Shown one piece after another: positions 33,227-44,900 of a stretch of 64,000 nucleotides of DNA. The position numbers and the translations under genes were made by a program. The notes beneath the pieces are model-generated. The model ran no database searches. It saw only the letters and a list, made by a program, of their open reading frames with translations, and was not told the DNA's origin. Source of the DNA: Zancudomyces culisetae HAW-14-8 (Eukaryota; Fungi; Kickxellomycota); assembly GCA_052426225.1 (NCBI GenBank), contig JBNJNM010000011.1, positions 1,674,001 through 1,738,000 of the forward strand. The letters are read 5' to 3'. Numbering within the stretch: the first letter of the stretch is position 1; every line of letters starts with the position of its first letter.

Positions 33227-35797
33227 TTAAAAACTTTTATCATAGTATTTAAACATAGAAAAACTAGATGATCTCTTTGGCTTTATAGTGTTGGTCTCCA
33301 AACCCAAATCGGTATGATCCTTATTGGAAATAGTATTTGTATTTTTAATTGTTGGGTTTGAAAGATGGTCGTCACTATACAAGTCGGCGGGGTTGTGAGT
33401 TTGGATGTTGTTTAGGTTTGGAATTTCATCTTGCAAATAAAACATTCCAGTTTTATTATTACTATTATTACTATTGTTGTTGTTGTTGTTGTTGGGATTA
33501 TTTAGATTGATATTTTCAGTTGGATTCATTCGCTTAGTATTCCGGAGTCTCATACTTGGCAGTTGATATATTTCATTATAATCATCATTATAATCATCAT
33601 CATCTCGTTGAAGCTTATTCTCGACTCTTTGCAAGTTATGAATAATACTTTTTACCTGATTTGTTAGCATCTCCTTGTCCAGCACCAATTGGTTTATCTT
33701 TAACATACTTGTTTTGTTTTCATTTAGCGCTTCACCAAGTTGTTGCTTGTATTCATTTTTCGACATTTCCAACGCTTTATTCAGATACTTTAGTCCCTCA
33801 AATTCCCCTTTAAGCCGATTATTCTCCACTATTTGCTCCTTTTCGCGCAGTTTTACCATCTCTATATTCGTGGAAAGTGTGGAGTTCTCTGTCTTTAACC
33901 TATTAATCTCTCCAATATGCTGCTCCTCGCATAGTTTTGAATGACCAGCCAACAACTCCTGCATATTTTTCAGTGCCTGCTCCTGATCCGCCACTTTCTT
34001 ATCCAACATTTCCCTCTCAAACCTTGACTGCTTATTATTCACTACCTTATTATACGACGTTAGCAATGAATTGTACATGTTTTTAAGCATTTGAAACTCG
34101 CGCTTCAGTTCCTGTATATAATCTCTGTATCCTTCGTTTTCTTTTTTCAACTCTGTCACTTTTCCTACACTTATCGATTTCGTTAACTCTTCCAGCTCTC
34201 CAACTCTTGTTGTTAGTCGTCCAATTAACTCGCTCTCTTTGTCCAACTTACTCGCTCCAACTCCCTCTTCTTGCTTGGGCATTGCTACGCCTTTGCTGTC
34301 TTGTTTCAATGTTTGTTCAGCTAGCTTAACGCGCTCATATTTCAGTTGCTCGTCAACTTGTCGATACAAACTCTGAAGGTTACTAAGCTCCTGTTTTGTC
34401 ACTTGCAGTTCGCTATCTAGTGTCTTGTTCTTTTCTCTCAACTCAAACTCAACTCGTGTCTGCCCAGCCTCTAAATAAACATTCTTGATTTGCATCATCA
34501 CTGTTCGTATCTCTTTCAACTCCTTTTTGATATTGTTTATCTCTTCACTTTCTCCCGTATAATACATCTTTTCTTTAATCATTCTCTCCAAGCTTTGTGT
34601 CAGTGTCAATATTCTAAACTCCATGTTCTTCACCAACAAATTCACGTTCTCTTTAATTTCTTGGAAACTAGGTTGTATATTATCCATACTCGTATAAGTA
34701 CTCTCTACCACATTGTTTTCACCCTTTCCACTGCCGCCATCAGCAACTACTGTACCACCAAACGACCCTTTTTTCCCCTCTCCACCCCCACTTTCCTTAG
34801 CCAAATCCCTCTTCAGATTCTCTATTTGCTCTCTACATTCTGTCAACTTTCTTCTCAAAGTATCTTTTTCATCTTCATATGCTGCTGCTATCTCCTTTTT
34901 TTCTTTCTCTACATCATCCGCATACTCCTGAACATACTCTAACTGGTCATGGAGTCGTTTCTCCCTAGCTTCCACTGTTTCTTGACTAGATCCACCACCA
35001 CCACCAGCCGCATATTTTTTGTTTTTTGCTTCATCTCTTCTTATTTGGTTATTCAGGCTTAATATCTCAATATCTCGCGCCTCTAGCTGTCTCTGGTTTA
35101 ACTCTATTTCATTAACAAAATCCGTATGCTTGGCTTTCAACACCTCTACCTCCTCCTGCAAACTATTTATCCTCGCTTGTTGCACCGTAAGCAAATCAAG
35201 ATTCTTGAACTCCTTTCTACTTTGCTCAACTTTTTTTGTATTTTCGAGTAATCGAAGCATTTCGTTGTTTCCTTCAAGCCATCCTACCTTCAATTTAATC
35301 CTTGTTCCCCCATATTTGATTCTTTCATTAATAACCCTCCGTTCATCCTCCATTTGATTTATACTCGCCTTCAAATTTTCTTTTAACTGTGTGTTGTTGA
35401 TAAGTAATATCTCGCACCTTCTCTCGACCTCTTTGATATCCTTTTTGTGTGTAAATTTCGTCTGTTCTAGATCATGATTCGCTTGCAACACCTGCGCCCG
35501 CAACTGATTGTTATCGTTGCGTAAATTCACCAGGTTTTTTTTGTGTATACTATTTTCAGCCAAAAGTACACCCATTTCTTTTTTAGCTCTGGAATTTTCA
35601 TTTTGTGCATCTTGGAGCTTTTTCATGCTTAATTCCAAGTCTTGTAGTATTGCATTTACCAACGGAACACAGTTTTTTGCTAGTGGATAGCTATATCCCA
35701 AATGTGCCAACTTTGTGCTTAGCACTCTAAATTCTTGATTTCCCATGTCATTTACATTAAAGTACTCGCTTTCCTTGGTTTGTTCTCGGCCAAACAT
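33227..35797 (-). CDS. CEP135: Long coiled-coil protein, CEP135/Bld10 (centriolar cartwheel/pinhead protein) homologue, intronless, 856 aa
   Basis: The N-terminus KLAHLGYSYPLAKNCVPLVNAILQDL...LRNDNNQL aligns without gaps to the CEP135 N-terminus as I recall it (RLDQLGYRQTLTVECLPLVEKLFSDL...LSRENNEL). A second block DLLTVQQARINSLQEEV...LEARDIEILSL matches DLLQVADNRIQELQQEV...IELREREIERL. Confidence 0.78.
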   Translation of the reverse strand: MFGREQTKESEYFNVNDMGNQEFRVLSTKLAHLGYSYPLAKNCVPLVNAILQDLELSMKKLQDAQNENSRAKKEMGVLLAENSIHKKNLVNLRNDNNQLRAQVLQANHDLEQTKFTHKKDIKEVERRCEILLINNTQLKENLKASINQMEDERRVINERIKYGGTRIKLKVGWLEGNNEMLRLLENTKKVEQSRKEFKNLDLLTVQQARINSLQEEVEVLKAKHTDFVNEIELNQRQLEARDIEILSLNNQIRRDEAKNKKYAAGGGGGSSQETVEAREKRLHDQLEYVQEYADDVEKEKKEIAAAYEDEKDTLRRKLTECREQIENLKRDLAKESGGGEGKKGSFGGTVVADGGSGKGENNVVESTYTSMDNIQPSFQEIKENVNLLVKNMEFRILTLTQSLERMIKEKMYYTGESEEINNIKKELKEIRTVMMQIKNVYLEAGQTRVEFELREKNKTLDSELQVTKQELSNLQSLYRQVDEQLKYERVKLAEQTLKQDSKGVAMPKQEEGVGASKLDKESELIGRLTTRVGELEELTKSISVGKVTELKKENEGYRDYIQELKREFQMLKNMYNSLLTSYNKVVNNKQSRFEREMLDKKVADQEQALKNMQELLAGHSKLCEEQHIGEINRLKTENSTLSTNIEMVKLREKEQIVENNRLKGEFEGLKYLNKALEMSKNEYKQQLGEALNENKTSMLKINQLVLDKEMLTNQVKSIIHNLQRVENKLQRDDDDYNDDYNEIYQLPSMRLRNTKRMNPTENINLNNPNNNNNNNSNNSNNKTGMFYLQDEIPNLNNIQTHNPADLYSDDHLSNPTIKNTNTISNKDHTDLGLETNTIKPKRSSSFSMFKYYDKSF

Positions 35798-38700
35798 TTT
35801 TCTTTTCTTTTCTCGTCCAAAGTTGTCTTGCCGTCTTTTCCCCCCCTTCTTATTCGTAGGTCTCGCTTATGATTTTATTACAGTAGTTGTAATTGCTATT
35901 ATACAATTCTTGTATTTCTAATTCTCCTCCTTCCCCTTTTTTTTTAATATTTCTGTTGAGAATGCAGGATTAATTACCTCCGTTTATCAATATTAGTGAT
36001 TGAAAGTAATTCGAAAAAAATATCTTTGCTCCACTCTACTACTACCCAAACAATCTATGTTTCTTTTTACTTGAAATATAAGCCTTAAACATTACATTTA
36101 CCTTAATGTAGGTATCGATGTAACGAGTACTTGTTTTTTTGCTTGTTTTTTAGTATTTATTACAATAAAATTAAAAATGGTTGATTTGGTAAAATAATGA
36201 AAAAAATCAAAAACTGGGTTTTATTGAATTGAGAACTAAAGAAGTGTCACTTTAAAAAAAATCAGTGTAACCTTATTATTTTCGCCAGGTTTTTCTTTTC
36301 TACTACTGGCCAAAAATATTTGTTGACATTTTATGTCTAGATAGTCTATTGGCTTTTTCGCGTAATTTTCATTTATCCAATTTGTTTCTAGCGAATAAAA
36401 TGTGCTTACTACGTTTTTTTTCGCGAAGTGATGTGTTTACTTTGTTTAAAGAACAGGCATTAGTAAAAGTAAAAGTAAAAATATAGAACCACTCATAGAT
36501 GCTTATAGTTGGAATATCTAGGTGTCTCAGTATATAAGATTCATTTATATACTACATAACTTTATTACAATATATATCAAACGGCGTTCATCCTGTCTTG
36601 CTAAACCTATCCACCAATCTTTGGTTGAAAAAGTCAGCCTATCCAAGCTATAATATGTGTGATATAATCTAGCTTATGATAATCATGTTCTTGTTGGTAT
36701 ACACATATCATTACTTTTTAAAATGGGCAAACAGTTTCAACTTAACAGCCGCCATTAAAGTAGATTCTTGTCATTAGGTATAGTGAATATAACTCTATTA
36801 TTGTAATTGTTATTGTACTGTTATTGTTATTGAAAACACTATCTCTTACACCTGAGGAAGCGGACCTTTACACACATCACACTTCCTCTCTTCCTTTGCT
36901 CAATCAATGCCAATAAATAATAATGGCATGATATTCATTTGACATTTTTCCAAGCTCCTCCATAAAATATTATTATTGCGGAGAGGTAGACTAGTAAATA
37001 AAACTTTTTGGTTCGACCATTGAAAATGCGCCAAGAACGCCATTAAAAAACTATTAAAAAGAAATACATACATACAAGCTGGGGTCTACACAACTATTAG
37101 TGGTCTCCGATGGTCTTTTTTCTTTCTCTTGTAACATGGCCATATGTATATGAATGGGTTATACTTTATCTTCTTGGATGTCAGAATTCCCTCCGCCCCT
37201 CCTTAGCCCCATTATCATAAGCCACTTTATCTGGCATATTCCAGGTATCCAACCTAATTTGAAATGTTATAAATCTCTTGCCCATAAAATAAAGAGACAA
37301 TTATCCAGGTAACAGACTAGAGATTTTTTTCTCCATATTTTATCCTTGATTTTTGTACCAAAAAAAAAACTATTTTCTTTTCTATCCCTCAGAACTTGAG
37401 TATCTTTTAGAATCTGGAATATATTATTTATTAGAAAAAAGGGTGATAGAAAAGCTTGATCCTGTATTCCTTTGTCATTATTGCTGCTTGATTTTTTTTT
37501 CCCAACCTTTTATTTCCCAGTCCTATCCCTCCCCTCCCCTCCTCTCATCTTTTTCCCTTTTTTCCCTTTTTTCCCTTTTTTCCCTTTTTTCCCTTTCCCT
37601 AACATTCACTTTACAAATGTTGTTGTTTTCAACATTTTCCATCAAAATATGCTAGAGGTTAACAAGTTATTAAAACAAAAAACAAAAATTTCATCAATGG
37701 AATAAATATGCTAGAGAAACTCAGTAAAAGTTGCAACTTTTTATTTTCAATTCAATTCACAAGCCGCACATCTTGTAAATCACAAAATATGTCGTTTTTC
37801 AGCTTGATACCTTGTTTTTTTATTTTATTGAAAAAAAAGGTTTCCATTAACACGTTCTCAATTCATTAAAACCACAGTGGCTAATTCTGATAATTTGATT
37901 TAGATTAATATATTCAATCATTGAAAATGTATATTAAGGTTTATTGAATATTAAAATAATTTTCCATTTCTTGGCTTTATTTACATGTCCATTTATTTTT
38001 TTACCCGACAAACCTGGGTAATACCAAAGAAAAAATCTATTTATTTACATAAATTCAATGAAAAAAAAGGTGGGGTATATTCTAGATTGAAAGGGAATCA
38101 ACTTAAAAATACAAAATATGACCCATTCTGTATACTCTTTTTAACCAGCGAATAAACTAGTTGAGAATATTCTATTGTACACATTACTTCAAGGCAAAGT
38201 AAAAAAAAAGAAAAAAGATTCAAGGTTATTGGATTAGTCTAATTAATCCCAACTGGGGACCATTTAATCTCAACTAAGCCCTTTTTTTTTTTCTTTCTTC
38301 TCGTCATACTTGGAATAATGTGTGGATATCATAATGGAATTTTGTGAACAGCTATTATACATATATATATATTATTTTTTTTTAAACATGTGAATTTCTT
38401 TTTTTTCTTTTTCATTTCTACTTGTACTTTTAGTGTCACAATACCTAGTTTTTTGAATTTACAAAAGTTTAACTAGAACTTTTTATTTTGAATGCTTTAT
38501 TAAATGCTTCAGTCCTTTATATAGGTTAAGTTTTGTATATGTACAATTACTCTTTCATTTCTTTGTTTTTATTTCTATTTTTGTTATTGTTTTTGTGTTA
38601 GAGGTGGATTAAAACCAATCTTTTTAAGCTGCGACTTTAGCATTACTAATAGTAACAAGAAAAGGAAGAACCCAAACAACAATATCGGACTTTTACGTAT

Positions 38701-39463
38701 CGAAAAAAGGAAAGGAAAAAAAAGAAGAGAATAGAATAGAAAAGAAAAGAAAAGTGGAAGTGGAAGTGGAGGTTTTAGTAGAGCAAAATTGGTCAAAGAC
38801 TTGATTCACTAAACAAATTTATTTTCTTCTTACAAAATTTTATATCATAAACACAAATATATTGAAATATACATACCCTAAGATACAGTTAGTGTCTAAA
38901 AACAAAATTAATACGATATACCAGCGTCTTGTCATATACAACACATTCGGTCTGAGCTGCGATAAAAGTCAAACAATTACTAAATACGGCTATTTCCTGG
39001 GTACTAATCGAGTGTAACTAGATACTATTAATCGGTATTTGTCAAAGGAACGTAGCATTAAAAAAAAAATCAAAATAGAGAAACGGAAAAGAAAGGCAAA
39101 AAAAAACGAAAAGGAAAAGACTAGAAAGGAAAGCAAAAGACACATTATTAGAGGTCAAAAAATAAAAATAAACACGGATACACTCAAACCAATAATATGG
39201 TACATCCGATCCTTTCAAATAAAGTTAAAACTCGAGAATATAATCTAAACATTACATAAATATCCTGCTTTGAAATTACTCAAATTTGTAATAGGAAAAC
39301 CAGTGGGAAACGAATAAACAAAGCTGATTTTTATGTAGTGCCAATTACCAAAAATCAAAACCAACAAAGTTTTTTTTAAAAAAAAAACGGGTTAAAAAGA
39401 AATAAAAGAGTATTTAAAAGGGAGGGAAAAGGGAGGGTAGGGGGAGAAACAAAAGAAAAAAAA

Positions 39464-41668
39464 ATGGAAAATATGTTTATTGAAGAGACAAAAAAAATAG
39501 ATATTCGCAAAGATAATAAAAGCGAACGATATCAAGAAACTTTAGAAAGTTTTAAAAATCAGACTAGTAAAAATCAACAGGGTTCCGAAATAAATAGTAC
39601 AGGAACCACAGAAGATGTAGAAAGAAGCCATACAGATTTCAAAAATGCTCTAGACAACCATTTTAGAATCAACACGTTTCTCGGGTCAACTGGGTTTTTA
39701 GAGTATAATATAAAAACCGGTATGGTTGACTTGAAGAACAAAAATGAAGCGGGGGTTGAAGGTGCGCCCGGCAAGAACGGAGAGCGGATCCCAGACAAAA
39801 GTATACCAGCAATTGAACCAAATATACCAGAAACAGTGTCAAAGCGAAAGGAAAAAAAGAAAATTACTGACTTTTATTTGGGACGTATTGTGGGAGAGGG
39901 ATCCTTTTCACAAGTATTTGAAGCTACAGAAATAGCGAGCAACAAGGTATATGCCGCAAAAGTGATAGACAAACGACAGATTGTAAAAGTACAAATGGCA
40001 AAATACATCAGAATCGAACAAGAGGCGCTGGAGAGACTGGATCACCCATTAATTATAAAGTTAAATTATACAATACAGGATCCGCTAAAGGTGTATTTTA
40101 TTTTGGAAATGGTAGAAAACGGAGATTTGTTATCGCACATCAGAAGAGAAGGAAAGCTAAATGAGGATAAAGCAAGGTTTTATCTTGCACAGCTGGTGTT
40201 GGCAATAGAGTATATGCATAAAAATAATGTTGTACATAGAGATTTAAAACCAGAAAATATATTGGTTAGAGAAGATGGCCGTATATTGGTTACGGATTTT
40301 GGATCGTGTAAACTAATAGATAAAGCTGGCGAGGAAGAAAGTGTAGCGAGAAAAGGATCGTTTGTTGGAACGCCTGAATATGTGACACCAGAGTTGTTGG
40401 AGAGTAGGCAGACAGGGAAGGAGGCAGATTACTGGGCATTGGGATGTGTAGCGTACTATCTAATGACAGGAAGGCATCCATTCAAAGGTGTAGATGTACA
40501 TGCTACGTATGAAAAAATAACAAATTTAAACTATGAGATTCCCAGAGGTTTGTCTATACAAGCAGTCAGGTTCATTCATTTGTTACTTTCAACGCCTGCA
40601 TCAAAGCGGCTGGGTTCGTCTAGTCATTTGGGAATAGGAGAAATAAAAAGCCACGAGTTTTTCAAAAAAGTGGACTGGAAAATGATAAACAATGTAGTTT
40701 ATGGTATATTAAACAGTCCTATTAACCGAATAACCGAGAAAAAAGTTGGTGTTTCCTCAATGGGTGTAGAAAATGTGGCGGATAGGAATACTTTTAACAA
40801 CCCGAACCGCCAGAAATCGCCAATGATTCCACCCAGATCAAAAAAAATAGCGGGAAAATATGTACCAATGAGTGAATCGAAACCGCGAGCTGTGTTAACA
40901 AACAAGGTCTACAAAAACAATGGTGAAAAATCATCACATGTCAACTATGCTCATGAGTATAATGGGGATGATGAGAGTGAAGCTGAAAAAGTTAGAATCA
41001 AGCTGAGAAGAAGTAGGGCCTACAGTAGTGATAAACAGCGATACATTAAGCCAAACAGGCCATCGAAAAATATGAGTTTTGGAGGCAGCAGAATGGATCT
41101 AGGAAATCCTATCACTCCTCTCACAAGCGAAAGAGCCGTGCTAAATATCCGAGTAAAAGGCGATTTATCGTATGAAGACCTGCTGCTTAATGTTAATAAA
41201 GATAATGGTTATAACTTTCAGCAACCACTGCAACAACAGCGACTACAGAAACCACGCAAACTGTATCAACCAAAACAAAACCAACAATATCAACAGCGGC
41301 GTGCTTCTCGCTTTCAACATGAAACAAAAGAGCCTTTTATTGGTGATGGTGATAGCGATAGCGATAGTGATAATGATAATGATAATGAGGAAGATAACTA
41401 TAGGAAATACAGAGCCAGGAATACTAGATCTGGTAGATATAGAAAGAAAGGGGCGGTTGGAGGTGGTGGAGCGAACACTTCTCTTGGTGGTGGCAGGAAT
41501 AAAAATGAGTATATTATTGAGTATCAAATGCCGGTTAAGCCCAGCTATTACTTTCAGAACCATAACACCGAGGCAATGATTAGTCGACCCAGAGTGATTA
41601 GACGTAAAGGAGTCGTGGAGCGAGGGGTTTCAAGTATACGTTCAATTCTTTGCTGTTGTAAGCACTGA
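39464..41668 (+). CDS. AGC kinase, PDK1/Pkh/Ksg1-like, no recognisable PH domain, ends in CCCKH
   Basis: Motifs DFYLGRIVGEGSFSQV, YAAKVIDKRQI, HRDLKPENIL, TDFGSCK, RKGSFVGTPEYVTPELL, ADYWALGC. Confidence 0.88.
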   Translation: MENMFIEETKKIDIRKDNKSERYQETLESFKNQTSKNQQGSEINSTGTTEDVERSHTDFKNALDNHFRINTFLGSTGFLEYNIKTGMVDLKNKNEAGVEGAPGKNGERIPDKSIPAIEPNIPETVSKRKEKKKITDFYLGRIVGEGSFSQVFEATEIASNKVYAAKVIDKRQIVKVQMAKYIRIEQEALERLDHPLIIKLNYTIQDPLKVYFILEMVENGDLLSHIRREGKLNEDKARFYLAQLVLAIEYMHKNNVVHRDLKPENILVREDGRILVTDFGSCKLIDKAGEEESVARKGSFVGTPEYVTPELLESRQTGKEADYWALGCVAYYLMTGRHPFKGVDVHATYEKITNLNYEIPRGLSIQAVRFIHLLLSTPASKRLGSSSHLGIGEIKSHEFFKKVDWKMINNVVYGILNSPINRITEKKVGVSSMGVENVADRNTFNNPNRQKSPMIPPRSKKIAGKYVPMSESKPRAVLTNKVYKNNGEKSSHVNYAHEYNGDDESEAEKVRIKLRRSRAYSSDKQRYIKPNRPSKNMSFGGSRMDLGNPITPLTSERAVLNIRVKGDLSYEDLLLNVNKDNGYNFQQPLQQQRLQKPRKLYQPKQNQQYQQRRASRFQHETKEPFIGDGDSDSDSDNDNDNEEDNYRKYRARNTRSGRYRKKGAVGGGGANTSLGGGRNKNEYIIEYQMPVKPSYYFQNHNTEAMISRPRVIRRKGVVERGVSSIRSILCCCKH

Positions 41669-41933
41669 TAAAGGTTAGTTGCATTTGTGTGCTTGAAGTG
41701 AAAGGGTGGGAGTTGATTTACCATGTCCATAAAATTTTCATATATAGTTTTGTGTTGTTGTTTATACACACGAAAAGAGTAAAAGGCTATATTATATGTA
41801 TACATTATACACTATATTTGTACTTATTGGTTAATTGATATATTAGCATTTTATTTGTAGAAAACACCAATAATTTAAATTTTGTAAATATTAACTCTAA
41901 TAAAATAATTAAGCAATGATATTGGTGAGTCTA

Positions 41934-44900
41934 TTAAATATTGGTGTTGCCATCAGCACCACTAACGCTAACATTCGTGTTTGCACTAGCATTGGGACTA
42001 GGATTGGGACTAGTATTAGCACTGACATTAGGACTAGGACTAGCACTACCACTACTGGTAATACCAAATAATGAGGGATTAATCGATTTAGAGGGAATTC
42101 TAGAATTTCTATACGGCCTAGAATGGTCGACGTTAGGTCTGCGAGAAAAAGGAGACGAGGCGTTTCCAACACTTGACCTAGCAAAACTCACCACATCATT
42201 AATCAAGTCTATATTTGCAGGCGGTGAAGCAGTGGATAGTGAAGTAGAATGCCTCATCCCACCCCCAAGAGTGCCTCTATGTAGCGAATGTGAAAATCTA
42301 CCACCAACACCATAGTTCATCGACCGTGGTGTATTATCTACTGGGTTTGTATCGCCACTATTATTGCTATTACTATTAATATTACTGTTACCACCTCCTC
42401 CCATACCAAAGCTTTGTAACAATGAATATTTGCTTTTACTGGCTTTTTGCGCTGTATTGGGTTGTGAGTCACGTGGCATAAATTTGTAGGAAGTATTGGA
42501 ATTGGGATTGGAATTGGAATTGTGACTAGAAGTACTGGCACACGACAAGACAATTCTGCTGATTTCTCCAGGAAGTTCTACTTTAATAAGTCCAGCTTTG
42601 TTTAGCTCATGTACAAAGGAGCCCAACTTATGTAGTTCACCTGAAGCTGTTGATCGGTCGTCCTCAAAATCCGCACACTTCATCCGCGCCTTTACCAGTG
42701 CATTCTCGGTTTGTTGTAACTCATGATCCAGTTTTTCACACTTCTCCACAGCGGCCTTGCGTTCCATTTCTACTGACTTTACAAGCATCCGAAGCTGTCC
42801 AACATACCCATCCAATTCTGCCTTTTCTAACTTGACCTGGGCCAATTGATCCAAAAGAATGCTGTGTTCGGTACGCAAATCGGCAAGAGCATGGAGACTG
42901 GTGTCCGCAGTCACTCGAGCATTGTGTAGCTGCTGAACCAACGTGTCAACTTCGCTCTTGTGCAACCCAGGAGGCTCACTCCTTGCGCCTGGACCTGTGT
43001 CGTCACGATGTCGGTGGCTGGGCAGATAATCCTCATGGCTGGAATTCGTCCTAACGCTTTGGCTCATAGGTGAGGCTTTTCCGGAATGCGACGGGCTTTG
43101 CTTTTCGTGTGATGTCTTGGCACTATCCTTTCTGTTTTTTCGCATTTTAGTTTCAACACTCTCGCTCGAATCGGTGGTGCTGGTATCAGAATTGCTGATT
43201 CTGCGCGTCGAATCAAACCCAGACAGTGCCAAAAAATCAAAACCAATCATCGAATCGGATGTTTCACCCTGAGCCACCGCCTGGTGTTGTTCCTGCTGTC
43301 TTGCCTGCATTTCCGTCAACCATCCACGTGCCTCTGCACTAGGCGTTCCTGTTTTCGACGCACCTGGCTGTTTTGGATAAGCACCTGGTTCACGTCTCCC
43401 AAACCCAAGAAGATTCATAATGGCCTTATTTATATTCACTTGATCTTTCTTGTACTTTCCTATACTGCTTTTGTTGGAATCCTTTCTCGTTTCTGCAGCG
43501 CGTTTATTATTATTCTTCAAGTTATAGACATCTGCAAGCTCATCCAATTTTGCCCTTGTCACAATATTACTAAGTAAGCTCGCTTCACTTAGAATATAAC
43601 TGGGCTGGTCAAGCTCATTATTTGCATCATAAAGTCCACTCGCAAGTATGTTCATCAGTCCCTCAAATTCGTCCTCAGTTACAATTCGCTCCTCATTCCT
43701 TTTCAGCAGCGTTATTCCTACTCGGATTATTGTTTCCGTGGCACCTTCGTATAACGCAATATCGATAATTCGCAGCACAAGCCCTAGTGGGAGTGCATAT
43801 GCAAAAAGCGATAAAAACCACGATGCCGCATACATCGCTGGATGTATTCCATGTGCATGCAAATGTTTGCATACTTCAGGAACCACTTGAGACGCCAGCT
43901 CGTTAAATTGGTATAGCCGCAAATGAAGTCCATCCATATTCTCTGTAAACATTCTCCTCATATCGTACGTCTCCATCAACTGTACCAGTACACAAAACGC
44001 CTCACATTCTCCCATATTCAACATTAGCGGTCCAATTACAAATCCTAGTCCCTGACAATATCCTACTTCTGCGTCATACAACGAATATGCCTTTAAAATA
44101 TTAAACAATCGTTTCTGCCCCTCTCCTGTTGTATCCTTAAACACTGTAATACATGGAAATGTTCGAGATAAATCCCGTTGTATTGTTCTTTCATGCGGCG
44201 AGTGTTCCTTCACTAGTTGCGAGTACATTGTCTGTAAAAATGTTGAGCGCCCTTTAGCCAACACCTGCCAAACCACCCCCCTTATTTTTTCGGGTATCCC
44301 AGATCTGATCTTTGATGTCAGCAAATGTGGTGTTTTATTTTTGATGCCATCTATATCTTTAATTACACTCCCCCAAAACCCTCCCTCTTGCTCCTGTTTC
44401 AGATTTTCCTCCCAGTTTTGTGTTATTTCATCAATATCTTTCATGGATTTTGCTTGTATTATGAAATCGGGTATTTTATTTTCACCATATCCTTGAAAAT
44501 CTGCATCTGCATCAGAGTCAGTTACATTGTTTTTCTGTCTTTGCTTTCTATTGCCATTGCTCTTATCATATACTTCGTTTTCTTTTGACATTCTTTTTTG
44601 GTTGTTCCACTCCCTAACCTTATACCCACTTAGAACGTCATCCTTGTCATCAATCAAATCTAGGCCTGTTTCTCTGCTTTCTTCATCCCTACTCTCACTG
44701 TCTCGCCTGTTTTTCTTGATTTTCTTGGAGTTTTTCCTCCTTGATACCGATTTTCCCGTTATGTGACTATTATTACTTATATTTTTGTTTCCCATAAGCG
44801 AATCTAGTGTCTCTTTATTTGTTTTCAACTTGTTTTTTTCTATTATAACTGCTTTTGGATCCATATTTAACATTGCATTAGCCAATTCTACTCGAGCAAG

